Below are positions 1-7,934 of a stretch of 20,175 nucleotides of DNA, piece by piece. The notes under the pieces were generated by a model. That model was not told the origin of the DNA. It did no database searches and saw only the letters and a list, made by a program, of their open reading frames with translations. Made by a program: the position numbers and the translations under genes. Origin of the DNA: an uncultured archaeon (GTDB taxonomy: Archaea; Hadarchaeota; Hadarchaeia; Hadarchaeales; WYZ-LMO6); NCBI GenBank assembly GCA_938074535.1, contig CALJER010000045.1, positions 1-20,175 on the forward strand. The letters are read 5' to 3'. Every line of letters begins with the position of its first letter. Within the stretch, counting starts at the first letter, position 1.

Positions 1-122
1 AACTACGGGGCCCTCACCCCCGGGATGGAGCTCTACTTCGACAGGGTGTTCAGGGGGTACGCGGAGGAGGAGGTGGCCTCCTTCTTCGGGAGGAGGATCA
101 AGGAGGTGGTGCATCCCCCCCT
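1..122 (+). repeat. Copy 1 of a perfect 122-bp direct repeat (may extend left of the window)
   Basis: Base-by-base identical to 1325-1446. Confidence 0.95.
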
Positions 123-1026
123 GGTCTACTCCCTCGCCTCCCCCTTCCGGCTCAAGCTGGGCCGGTTCGGGGTGATCTTCACCTCGAGGGGATGTCCTTT
201 CAGGTGCAGCTTCTGCCAGATCAGGCTCTTCTGTCCCAGGCCCTCCACCCTCCCCCTCCGGAGCATAGAAAGGGTGCTGGCCTACTACGCGGAGAGGGGG
301 ATATGGCAGGTCTGGATCTTCGATGACACCTTCGGGGTCTTCAAGAAGCATGCCGAAGAGGTGGTCTCCCTGCTGGAGAAGTACGGCTTCTACTGGATAC
401 CCATGAGCACCGTCGGGATCCTGCTGGAGAACTGGGAGGACTGGACCGAGAGGGGGATGATAGGAGCGGTGGTGGGGATAGAAAGCCTGAATCAGGAAAA
501 CCTGGACCTCCTGAAGAAGGGGCACAGGGTGGAGGAGATTTACGAGCTGGCCAGGAGGGTGAGGGAGAAGAGGAAAAGCGGTGCCTTCCCCCAGCTCAGG
601 TTCCACGGGTTCCCCTACCTGCTGGCCTTCTACATGCTCGGCTTCGAGAGCGACACAGCGGAAGGGATCAAGGAAAGCGTGAGAAAGCTCAAGGAGCTGC
701 CCTTCCTCTTCACCCAGCTCTTCGTCCTCACCCCCATCCCCGGCACGGAGCTGTGGGATTACACAGGGGAGAGATACGGGATCTTCGAGAGCGACCTCCA
801 CAAGTACGACGGGAAGCATCTGGTCTGGAACCACCCGCACCTCACCCCCCAGGAGGTGGAGAGGCTCGTCCGGTGGGGGATGAGGGAGCTGAACTCCTGG
901 GCCCTGCTCCGCTACGTGCTGAGGGGGCTCCCCGACTATTTCTTCCACCCCGGGTGGTACCTCACTCACTTCGCCCTCACCAACACCTACGACTACAGGA
1001 GGGAGAGGTTCTTTGGGCTCCGGTGA
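1..1026 (+). CDS. Radical SAM protein, B12-binding/class B-like architecture (5'-truncated by the window edge)
   Basis: Frame is open from base 1 (NYGALTPGMELY..., identical to the internal sequence of the downstream paralog, so ATG 25 is not the true start). Contains CxxxCxxC (SRGCPFRCSFC), IFDDTF, GIES and TPIPGTELW motifs. Confidence 0.88.
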   Translation, partial: NYGALTPGMELYFDRVFRGYAEEEVASFFGRRIKEVVHPPLVYSLASPFRLKLGRFGVIFTSRGCPFRCSFCQIRLFCPRPSTLPLRSIERVLAYYAERGIWQVWIFDDTFGVFKKHAEEVVSLLEKYGFYWIPMSTVGILLENWEDWTERGMIGAVVGIESLNQENLDLLKKGHRVEEIYELARRVREKRKSGAFPQLRFHGFPYLLAFYMLGFESDTAEGIKESVRKLKELPFLFTQLFVLTPIPGTELWDYTGERYGIFESDLHKYDGKHLVWNHPHLTPQEVERLVRWGMRELNSWALLRYVLRGLPDYFFHPGWYLTHFALTNTYDYRRERFFGLR

Positions 1027-2329
1027 AAGGGTGCTCCTGACCACGGTGTACACGAACGGCCAGTACTACGACTACATAGAGAGCAACGTGAGCTTCCCCT
1101 TCCGGATGACCTGGGTGAGGAGGACCTCCTACGGCCTCCGCTTCCTGAAGCAGAACGTTCCCGAGCTGGAGATCCTGGAGTACCCCACCAGGGAGGAGTA
1201 CCTGAGGAAGCTGGAGGAGGGGTGGGACGTGGTGGGCTTCTCCTTCTACGTGAACGAGGTCCCGGAAATCCTGGAGATGGCGGACCTGGCCAGGGAGAGG
1301 GGGGTGGGGGAGCTCTGGGCGGGGAACTACGGGGCCCTCACCCCCGGGATGGAGCTCTACTTCGACAGGGTGTTCAGGGGGTACGCGGAGGAGGAGGTGG
1401 CCTCCTTCTTCGGGAGGAGGATCAAGGAGGTGGTGCATCCCCCCCTCCTGGGAACGGTGGGGACTACCCTGGGCCTCAAGTTCGCTCCGGTGGGAGTCCT
1501 CTTCACCACCAGGGGCTGTCCCGTAGGATGTAAGTTCTGCCAAACCCCCTCCTTCTGCCCCAGGCCCAGCATCATACCCCTCCGAAGCGTGGAGAGGGTG
1601 CTGGAGTTCTACAAGGAGCTGGGGCTGGGCTACGTGATCATACTGGACGAGAACTTCGGCCTCTTCAGGAAGCACGCGGAGGAGGTCGCCGAGCTGCTGG
1701 GGGAATACGGGTTCATGTGGGTACCCATGATCAGGGCCGACCTTCTAGGGGAAAAGCTTGAGGAGTGGAGGAAGCTGGGGATGAGGGGGGCCCTCTTCGG
1801 GATAGAGAGCTTCGACCAGCGGGTCCTGGACGACCTGGAGAAGAGGGAGAGGGTGGAAACCGTGAAGGAGGTGATACGGAAGATAAGGCTCTCCTGGAAC
1901 TCACCCGGGAGGGGGATAGGGGGGATAGGTTACTACATGATAGGTCACGAGGAGGAAACGAGGGAATCCATCAGGGCCGCCCTCAAGGAGCTGAAGGGGC
2001 TCAACCCAGGCTTCGTGCAGCTTTGCATCCTCACCCCCCTTCCCTCCACCCCCCTCTGGGAGCACCTGGACAGGGAGTACGGGATCTTCGAGAAGGACTG
2101 GCACAAGTTCGACTGCAAGCACCTGGTCTGGAACCACCCGCACCTCTCACCCCCCGAGATGGAGGGACTCCTGTCCTGGGGGATGAGGATGATCAATTCC
2201 TCCCACCTCCTGCGCTACCTCCTCCACAGGCTCCCTGAGTACCTGAAGGACACGGGCTTCTACGTGAAGGATCTCTACCTCGCCCATGCCATAGACCAGA
2301 AAACCCCCTTCTACTTCAAAGTGGATTAG
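1013..2329 (+). CDS. Radical SAM protein, B12-binding/class B-like architecture; paralog of the upstream gene
   Basis: N-terminal Rossmann-like segment (WDVVGFSF...LWAGNYGA), then TRGCPVGCKFC, ILDENF, FGIES and TPLPSTPLW. Start is uncertain: TTG 1013 (GGAG upstream) or GTG 1031 (GGTGA upstream). Confidence 0.88.
   Translation: MGSGERVLLTTVYTNGQYYDYIESNVSFPFRMTWVRRTSYGLRFLKQNVPELEILEYPTREEYLRKLEEGWDVVGFSFYVNEVPEILEMADLARERGVGELWAGNYGALTPGMELYFDRVFRGYAEEEVASFFGRRIKEVVHPPLLGTVGTTLGLKFAPVGVLFTTRGCPVGCKFCQTPSFCPRPSIIPLRSVERVLEFYKELGLGYVIILDENFGLFRKHAEEVAELLGEYGFMWVPMIRADLLGEKLEEWRKLGMRGALFGIESFDQRVLDDLEKRERVETVKEVIRKIRLSWNSPGRGIGGIGYYMIGHEEETRESIRAALKELKGLNPGFVQLCILTPLPSTPLWEHLDREYGIFEKDWHKFDCKHLVWNHPHLSPPEMEGLLSWGMRMINSSHLLRYLLHRLPEYLKDTGFYVKDLYLAHAIDQKTPFYFKVD
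1325..1446 (+). repeat. Copy 2 of the perfect 122-bp direct repeat
   Basis: Identical to 1-122; identity stops abruptly after ...GCATCCCCCCCT. Confidence 0.95.
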
Positions 2330-3123
2330 CGCCCCGCCAGGGTCCTGAGGCGTGTGAGCTCCACCCCATCCGGGGTCACGGTGAGCTCGAAGGGCTCGGG
2401 ACTTATCGTGGTACCCCTCATGCGCTTGCATGAGAACATGGTCCTCCTGGCCAGTTCTCCACCCTGGACCTCGAAGGAGAAGACCCCGTCCGCATTGGAG
2501 ATGAGGAGGGCCTCCACATCGGGACTGAAAATCCCGCTCGCCAGGATGGCAAACACCGTGACATTCCACTCCCTGCATATCTCCCTCAGACTCTGCAGGA
2601 AGCTCACGAATTCCATCTCCTCGCCCTTTCTGAACAGCATGGAGAGGTCGGTGAGGGTGTGGAAGACCACCATCATGCCCGGACCCTCCCTCTCCAGGAA
2701 CCTGGCCAGGGCGGTGAAGACCTCCCTGCGCAGCTTGACGTGGCCACCGTCGCTTATCACGCTCGCCACCCATTCGTGGAAGGAGGTGAGGCGGGAGGGC
2801 ACGGTGAGGAACTCCCTGAAGAGGGTGCCCCTGGTGAATCTCTCGTAAAAGTCCTCGTTGAACTTCCCCCTCACATCGGAGAGGACGCCCTCCTCGCTCC
2901 TGCTGAAGGTGGCGTACCAGACGTGCTCGGGAAGCACCAGGTCGAAACCTGGGGGCAGAAGGGACGGGTCCTCCCTCATGGAGTTGATGTTGGCGGTCAC
3001 GGTGTAGGTGAACTCGCTCTTTCCCCCTCCGGACTCCCCCACCAGAAGCACCAGAGAGCCGGAGGGTATGCCTCCGCCGAGGGCCAAGTCCAAGCTCTCT
3101 ATCCCGGTGGGTATCCTGGGCAT
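2326..3123 (-). CDS. RecA-superfamily KaiC/RAD55/GvpD-like ATPase (single domain)
   Basis: Begins MPRIPTGIESLDLALGGGIPSGSLVLLVGESGGGKS (typical N-terminus plus Walker A); ADGVF and KRMRG near the C-terminus. ATG 3123 is preferred over the ORF-track start at 3198. Confidence 0.85.
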   Translation of the reverse strand: MPRIPTGIESLDLALGGGIPSGSLVLLVGESGGGKSEFTYTVTANINSMREDPSLLPPGFDLVLPEHVWYATFSRSEEGVLSDVRGKFNEDFYERFTRGTLFREFLTVPSRLTSFHEWVASVISDGGHVKLRREVFTALARFLEREGPGMMVVFHTLTDLSMLFRKGEEMEFVSFLQSLREICREWNVTVFAILASGIFSPDVEALLISNADGVFSFEVQGGELARRTMFSCKRMRGTTISPEPFELTVTPDGVELTRLRTLAGR

Positions 3124-3144
3124 CCAATTCCCCTTGGTCGGGAA

Positions 3145-3190
3145 GTTAAAAAAAGATGGTGCTGGAAAGGGGGGACCCTCCCTTTTTAAA
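3145..3190. promoter_or_regulatory. Divergent promoter region for the KaiC-like and MinD-like genes
   Basis: AT-rich boxes in a GC-rich context: TTTTTAAA at 3183-3190 (+, ~30 nt before ATG 3221) and TTTTTTTAAC on the minus strand at 3145-3154 (~22 nt before ATG 3123). Confidence 0.55.
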
Positions 3191-3220
3191 CCCCCCACCC
3201 CTTATTAGTGGAGGAGGAGG

Positions 3221-3949
3221 ATGATCCTCTCGGTGGTTTCCGCGAAAGGAGGCGTGGGCAAAACCACCGTGGCCGCTAATTTAGGCGTGCTGCTCACCAA
3301 AAGGGGGATCAAGGTACTTCTGGTGGACGCGGACCTCGCCTCCGGGGACCTGACCCTCCAGCTGGGCGGAAAGGCTGGGCCGCGCGGCCTCCACACCCTC
3401 CTCTCCTCCGAGAAGGTCTCTGAGGAGGATGTTACAAAGACCGTGAGCTCCGCTTTCGGTGTTCCCCTCCTCCCCGTCATTCCTTCCCTGAGGGGCTACC
3501 TGAAGGCCAAGCTGGACCTCTTCCCCACCGTGCTCTCCACCCTTGAGGATCAGTACGACCTCGTCCTCATGGACACCCCCCCGGGTATCAACAAAAACTC
3601 CATCGTACCGCTCACCGAGTCCGACAGGGTCCTCCTGGTCACCACCCCCGACCCCGTTGCCGTTTCAGACGTTTCGACCAGCAGGGACGTGGCGGTGCTG
3701 CTGGAGAAGACCGTGATGGGGGTGGTGATCAACAGGCTCAGAAAGAGCTTTCTCTTCGGATCCAAACAGCTGAAGCCCAGGGAGGTGGTGAACACCCTGA
3801 AGTTGAAGGGGATGGGGATAATACCGGAGGACAAAGCGGTGGAGGAGTCCATCCTGGCGAAAAAACCCGTGGTCCTGTACAAACCCCGCTCCCCGGCTTC
3901 TAAGGCCTTCACCTCCCTCGCCAGGAGTGTGGCCGAGGAACTCGGCTGA
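3221..3949 (+). CDS. minD: MinD/ParA/FleN-family ATPase
   Basis: Deviant Walker A (KGGVGKTT), LLVDAD, DTPPG, GVVINR, IPED and SPASKAF. Strong RBS GGAGGAGGAGG immediately upstream. Confidence 0.88.
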   Translation: MILSVVSAKGGVGKTTVAANLGVLLTKRGIKVLLVDADLASGDLTLQLGGKAGPRGLHTLLSSEKVSEEDVTKTVSSAFGVPLLPVIPSLRGYLKAKLDLFPTVLSTLEDQYDLVLMDTPPGINKNSIVPLTESDRVLLVTTPDPVAVSDVSTSRDVAVLLEKTVMGVVINRLRKSFLFGSKQLKPREVVNTLKLKGMGIIPEDKAVEESILAKKPVVLYKPRSPASKAFTSLARSVAEELG

Positions 3950-3965
3950 AACCGGGCAAAAACGG

Positions 3966-3981
3966 CCGAAAGGTTTTCAAA
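3966..3981 (+). promoter_or_regulatory. Possible BRE plus weak TATA upstream of the structured element
   Basis: CCGAAAGG-TTTTCAAA resembles CCGAAAAG-CATAAAA before the thermosome gene and lies ~25 nt before the stem that starts at 4007. Confidence 0.35.
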
Positions 3982-4006
3982 CCACGGTTGCACGCCTCAA
4001 TCGACT

Positions 4007-4148
4007 GGGGCGGAAGGGTTCGGAGACTCCCCGTGGGGGAAGAAAACGGCCCGGGAGGGACCCCGGAACGCGTCGGGAAGCTGGCGAATGGGTACCCGGC
4101 GTTCAGAAAGCTCTTGGCCTCAGAAAGGGGCAGGGACTCTTCCGCCCC
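4007..4148 (+). ncRNA. Candidate structured RNA (multi-branch; unknown family, ncRNA or leader)
   Basis: A 15-bp closing stem, 4007-4021/4134-4148 (13 Watson-Crick + 2 G-U), encloses four hairpins: 4028-4040, 4051-4066, 4066-4104 and 4117-4131. Folded by eye only. Confidence 0.45.
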
Positions 4149-4161
4149 CGGAGACAACTCC

Positions 4162-4168
4162 TTAAATA
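4162..4168 (+). promoter_or_regulatory. TATA box candidate for the pilus ATPase operon
   Basis: TTAAATA ends ~24 nt upstream of ATG 4192. Confidence 0.5.
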
Positions 4169-4191
4169 ATGGCGACCAAAGGGAATTGGAG

Positions 4192-6081
4192 ATGCGAGAG
4201 GAGAGGGAGGACTTCGAGCAAAAGCTCAGGAGGCTGCTCTACCCCCCAGTGAGCCCCTCCCCTGCTGAGACCCCGCCCAAAGAAGGAAGGGTGGAACCAA
4301 AAGAGCCCGAGGAGGGGGAAGCCCTCCGCTCTCTCCCCCTAGACCTTGAGTACCTGGAAGAAAGGATGGCCAGGGAGGACGAGGAGCTGAAGGGGATGCC
4401 GCTGTGGGTGGAAGAGGGCAGGGAGCTCAGGGAGCTGGAAGAGAAGGAGAGGCTGGTACACCAGGAGCTCCAGGAAGGGATGAGGGGTCTTCTCTTCCTC
4501 TCCGCGGGGATAGAGCACCTGGTGGAGGAGATACCCCAGAGGGAAGAGGAGGTCTCCTTCGAACTCGCCTCCCTGGGCCTGCCTCCCTACGACCTGAGGG
4601 TGATGGGAAGGCTGGAGGAGTTCACCGCCCTCCCGAGGGGATACAGGGAGGTGGAGAGGTACTGGATAGAGAAGCCCTTCTCCTACGCCGTCATCCTGAG
4701 GGAGGAGGGAACGGGGCGCCTTAGGTACCAGCTGGTGGAGCCCAGGCTCAGCTTCGGGGAGCAGAGGATACTGCTGGAGATGTGGGAGGAGCTGAAAAGC
4801 AAGCTGCCCTACGAGGTGCCTCAGGCTCAGAAAGAAGAGCTGCTAGCGAGGGAGATGACGGGAATAGCCAGGAGAATGGGCATTTCGGATCCGAAGACCC
4901 TCTACCGCCTCTACTACTTCCTGAGGAGGGAGAACCTGGGCTTCAGGAAGATAGACGCCCTGCTGAAGGACCCCATGATCGAGGACATCTCCTGCGACGG
5001 CCCGGATATTCCCATCTTCATCTACCACCGCAGGTACTACAACATGGAGACCAACGTACAGTTCGAGAAGGGGGAGCTGGACCACTTCAACTCCCTGCTG
5101 GCCGAAAGGAGCGGCAAGCACCTCTCCTTCGCGGAGCCCGTGGTGGACGCCAGGCTCCCCGAGGGGGCCAGGGTTCAGGTGACCTTCGGGGACGAAGTCA
5201 CGGCCAGGGGTGCCTCCTTCTCCATCAGGAAGTGGCTGGGGAGGGTTTTCACCCCGGTGGACCTCATAAGGTTCCACACCTTCAGCGCCGAGATGCTCGC
5301 CTACCTCTGGCTCGCCATAGAGAACAGGTGCAGCGTGATGGTAATCGGGGGAACCGCGAGCGGAAAGACCTCCACCCTGAACGCCCTCGCCTTCTTCATT
5401 CCTCCCGACGCCAAGATCATCTCCATAGAGGACACCAGGGAGCTCTCCCTCTACCAGAAGAACTGGTTGCCCAACGTGACCAGGGAGATGATGGGGGTGA
5501 AGCCCATCGACATGAACGAGCTGGTGAAGGTGGCCATGAGGCAGAGACCGGAATGCCTGATCGTGGGGGAGGTCAGGGGGGTGGAGGCCCAGGCCATGTT
5601 CCAGGCCATCTGTACGGGGCACACTGCCTTCTGCACCATGCACGCCGGATCCGTCCAGGCCGCCGTGAACAGGCTGGAGGGTGATCCCATCAACCTCCCC
5701 AGGCCCATGCTGGCCGAGCTGGACATCGTCTGCCTCCAGCTGCTCACCAACCTGGGCAGCGAGAGGGTAAGACGCAACCTCCAGATCACGGAGTTCGCGG
5801 GTCTTGACCCCATCACGGAGGACATAAGGGTGGTGGACACCTTCCACTGGGATCCCCCCTCCGACACCTTCAGAAAGGTGGAGGAATCTTGGGTGCTGAA
5901 GGAGCTGAGGAAGAACCTGGGGCTCACACCCATCCAGCTCAAGAAGGAACTGAGGAACAGGGAAAAAGTGCTGACCTGGCTGGCCAACCAACCGGAGATC
6001 ACCCCCTCGGAGATAGCAGATGTGCTCAGCCAGTACTACTACAACCCGGAGAGTGTGCTCAGAAGAATTGGGGAAGGCTGA
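4192..6081 (+). CDS. Type IV pilus/type II secretion assembly ATPase (FlaI/ArlI, VirB11/CpaF family)
   Basis: IEDISCDG, GASFSIRK, Walker A GGTASGKT, IEDTREL, RQRPECLIVGEVRG (Walker B) and TGH...TMHA His box. Start placed at ATG 4192 because of the upstream TATA and GGAG, not at 3988. Confidence 0.92.
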   Translation: MREEREDFEQKLRRLLYPPVSPSPAETPPKEGRVEPKEPEEGEALRSLPLDLEYLEERMAREDEELKGMPLWVEEGRELRELEEKERLVHQELQEGMRGLLFLSAGIEHLVEEIPQREEEVSFELASLGLPPYDLRVMGRLEEFTALPRGYREVERYWIEKPFSYAVILREEGTGRLRYQLVEPRLSFGEQRILLEMWEELKSKLPYEVPQAQKEELLAREMTGIARRMGISDPKTLYRLYYFLRRENLGFRKIDALLKDPMIEDISCDGPDIPIFIYHRRYYNMETNVQFEKGELDHFNSLLAERSGKHLSFAEPVVDARLPEGARVQVTFGDEVTARGASFSIRKWLGRVFTPVDLIRFHTFSAEMLAYLWLAIENRCSVMVIGGTASGKTSTLNALAFFIPPDAKIISIEDTRELSLYQKNWLPNVTREMMGVKPIDMNELVKVAMRQRPECLIVGEVRGVEAQAMFQAICTGHTAFCTMHAGSVQAAVNRLEGDPINLPRPMLAELDIVCLQLLTNLGSERVRRNLQITEFAGLDPITEDIRVVDTFHWDPPSDTFRKVEESWVLKELRKNLGLTPIQLKKELRNREKVLTWLANQPEITPSEIADVLSQYYYNPESVLRRIGEG

Positions 6082-7911
6082 ATGTTCTCCACGAGCTTCC
6101 TCCTCCAGAGGATCAAGAAGGAGAGGATAGAGGAAGTACGCCTGGCGCTGAGGAGAGCCAGGACCCCCCGCTCCGCGAGGGAGTTCCTGCAGGAGGCCGT
6201 GAACTTCTCCTTTGCCCTCTTCCTGTCCGTTTTCTTCCTGGTGCTCTTCCTCGGTTTCAGGTACGGGATTCCTTACTTCCCCCTTCTGGCGCTCCTCTCG
6301 GGGGCGGGGGCGGGGTACGGGCTCTACCGCCTCTTCCTCCTCAACCTGGAGCACACGGGCAGGGCGAGGAGCAGGGAAATAGAAGCCAGGCTGCCCCACG
6401 CCATGGCCTTCATGCTGGCCATGAGCAAGGGTGGGGTGGGGATCATCCAAATCTTCCGAGAACTCAGCCAGCGGAAGGAGGACTACGGGGAGATATGCAG
6501 GGAGGCCAGCGCCGTGGTGAGGAACGTGGAAGTCTTCGGTATGTCGCCCGTTCAGGCCATCACGGATGTGGCAGAAACCACCCCCTCCGAGAAGCTCAGG
6601 GAGTTCCTCAAAACCCTCTCCACGGTGGTGGAAACGGGGACGAGCCTGAGCGACTTCCTCGCCTCCCGATGCGAGAAGGCCTACTTCGAGGCCAAGGACG
6701 CACAGCTGAAGTCCTTCGAGACGGTGGCCATCGTAGCGGAGATCTCCACCATCACCATAGGTCTGCTGCCCTTCCTCCTCCTGGTCACGCTCCTGCCCAT
6801 GCAGATGATGAGCCCCCTTCCCCCCCTCGTCCTCTACGCCACCGTCTACCTGGCCATCCCCCTGGGCTCGGCACTCTTCATCTTCCTCCTCTCCCAGTAC
6901 TCCCCCTGGGAGGCCAGGCACCCCCCCAGGATCACCCCGGAAGCGGGGAAGCTGGGCGGAAGAAGAGGCTTGATGGGATTCCCGCAGAAACTGCTGCTTT
7001 TCCTGAGGACGCTTCCGGACGAACCGGTGAGGGCGTTCTACCTCTCCCTCCCGGCGGCGGCCCTCTTCGCTCTGCTGAGGTTCTCCACGGACCTCCTGAA
7101 CCTGGAGACCAAGCTCGGCCTGCAGCCCCGGGCCGAAACCACCTTCGTGCTCTCGCTGGTGATCACCCTCCTCCCCTTCATCATCCTCCACGAGCTCAGG
7201 GAGAGGAGGCTGGAGAAAATCATCGCCGTCACCCCCGACTATCTCTCCTCCCTCTCAGCCGCCGTCTCCTCCGGACTCCCTCCCTCCAAAGCCATCAGAA
7301 CCCTCCCATCGATGCGCTTCGGTGCCCTGGCCCCCGAGCTGGAGAAGGTGAAGAGAGACATAGAATGGGGCAGCCCAGCTTCCAAAGCCCTCTCCGAGAT
7401 GGAGAGGAGGATAAGGAGCGGCCTGCTCATGAGGGTGATGTCGGTCATGAACGTCGCCAGCTCCGCCACCAGCAACATAGGAGATGTGCTCAACGTCCTT
7501 GCCAACGACGTGTCCACGGAGGTCCATCTGAAGAGGGAGCGCAAGGCCCAGACCTTCACCTACGTGCTGATCGCCTACATGATCTTCGGGGTCTTTGTCA
7601 TCACGGCTGTGGGGATGGTGTTGGTCTTCGTCCCCGCCCTGCCCACGCAGAGCGTGGAGATGCCCGGGGGGATGGGGATAGGGATTACTCCCATCAACCC
7701 GGAAGTGGTCAAGAGCCTCTTCTACCACGCCGTGCTGATACAGGCCGTAGCCCTGGGCATCCTGGCGGGCCAGTTCAGGACGGGGAGGATCAGGGACGGG
7801 CTCAAGCACTCCCTCCTCATGTGCCTGATGGGGTGGCTGGTCTTCACGGGGGCGGAGCTTCTGCCCCTCTCCTCCTTCCTCAAGCTTCCCACCGTCTCCC
7901 CGACCGGTTGA
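6082..7911 (+). CDS. Type II secretion system F family membrane platform protein (TadB/TadC, FlaJ-like; two T2SSF domains)
   Basis: Abuts the ATPase stop codon. Has multiple hydrophobic TM segments and two T2SSF-like domains (IEARLPHAMAFM...TPSEKLREFL; PDYLSSLSAAVSSG...WGSPASKAL), with C-terminal GRIRDGLKHS. Confidence 0.88.
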   Translation: MFSTSFLLQRIKKERIEEVRLALRRARTPRSAREFLQEAVNFSFALFLSVFFLVLFLGFRYGIPYFPLLALLSGAGAGYGLYRLFLLNLEHTGRARSREIEARLPHAMAFMLAMSKGGVGIIQIFRELSQRKEDYGEICREASAVVRNVEVFGMSPVQAITDVAETTPSEKLREFLKTLSTVVETGTSLSDFLASRCEKAYFEAKDAQLKSFETVAIVAEISTITIGLLPFLLLVTLLPMQMMSPLPPLVLYATVYLAIPLGSALFIFLLSQYSPWEARHPPRITPEAGKLGGRRGLMGFPQKLLLFLRTLPDEPVRAFYLSLPAAALFALLRFSTDLLNLETKLGLQPRAETTFVLSLVITLLPFIILHELRERRLEKIIAVTPDYLSSLSAAVSSGLPPSKAIRTLPSMRFGALAPELEKVKRDIEWGSPASKALSEMERRIRSGLLMRVMSVMNVASSATSNIGDVLNVLANDVSTEVHLKRERKAQTFTYVLIAYMIFGVFVITAVGMVLVFVPALPTQSVEMPGGMGIGITPINPEVVKSLFYHAVLIQAVALGILAGQFRTGRIRDGLKHSLLMCLMGWLVFTGAELLPLSSFLKLPTVSPTG

Positions 7912-7934
7912 GGGGAACTGCTGCGGGCCAGTTA

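Noticed and set aside
3954-3983. GGCAAA...GGCC-GAAA-GGTT, reminiscent of a c-di-GMP-I riboswitch P1 region
   Set aside because: The downstream GACGCAAA consensus and tetraloop-receptor stem are missing. The same bases fit a BRE/TATA.
4007-4148. Resemblance to RNase P RNA (closing stem, CAGAAAGGGGC near the 3' end) or to H/ACA RNA (ACA at 4154)
   Set aside because: It lacks the conserved GAGGAAnnUCC region and is too short for RNase P, and no K-turn is evident for H/ACA. A covariance-model search would settle it.
3988-4191. 68-codon N-terminal extension of the pilus ATPase
   Set aside because: Atypical codon use, a TTG start without an RBS, and a TATA box plus GGAG just before ATG 4192. The region is better explained as non-coding.
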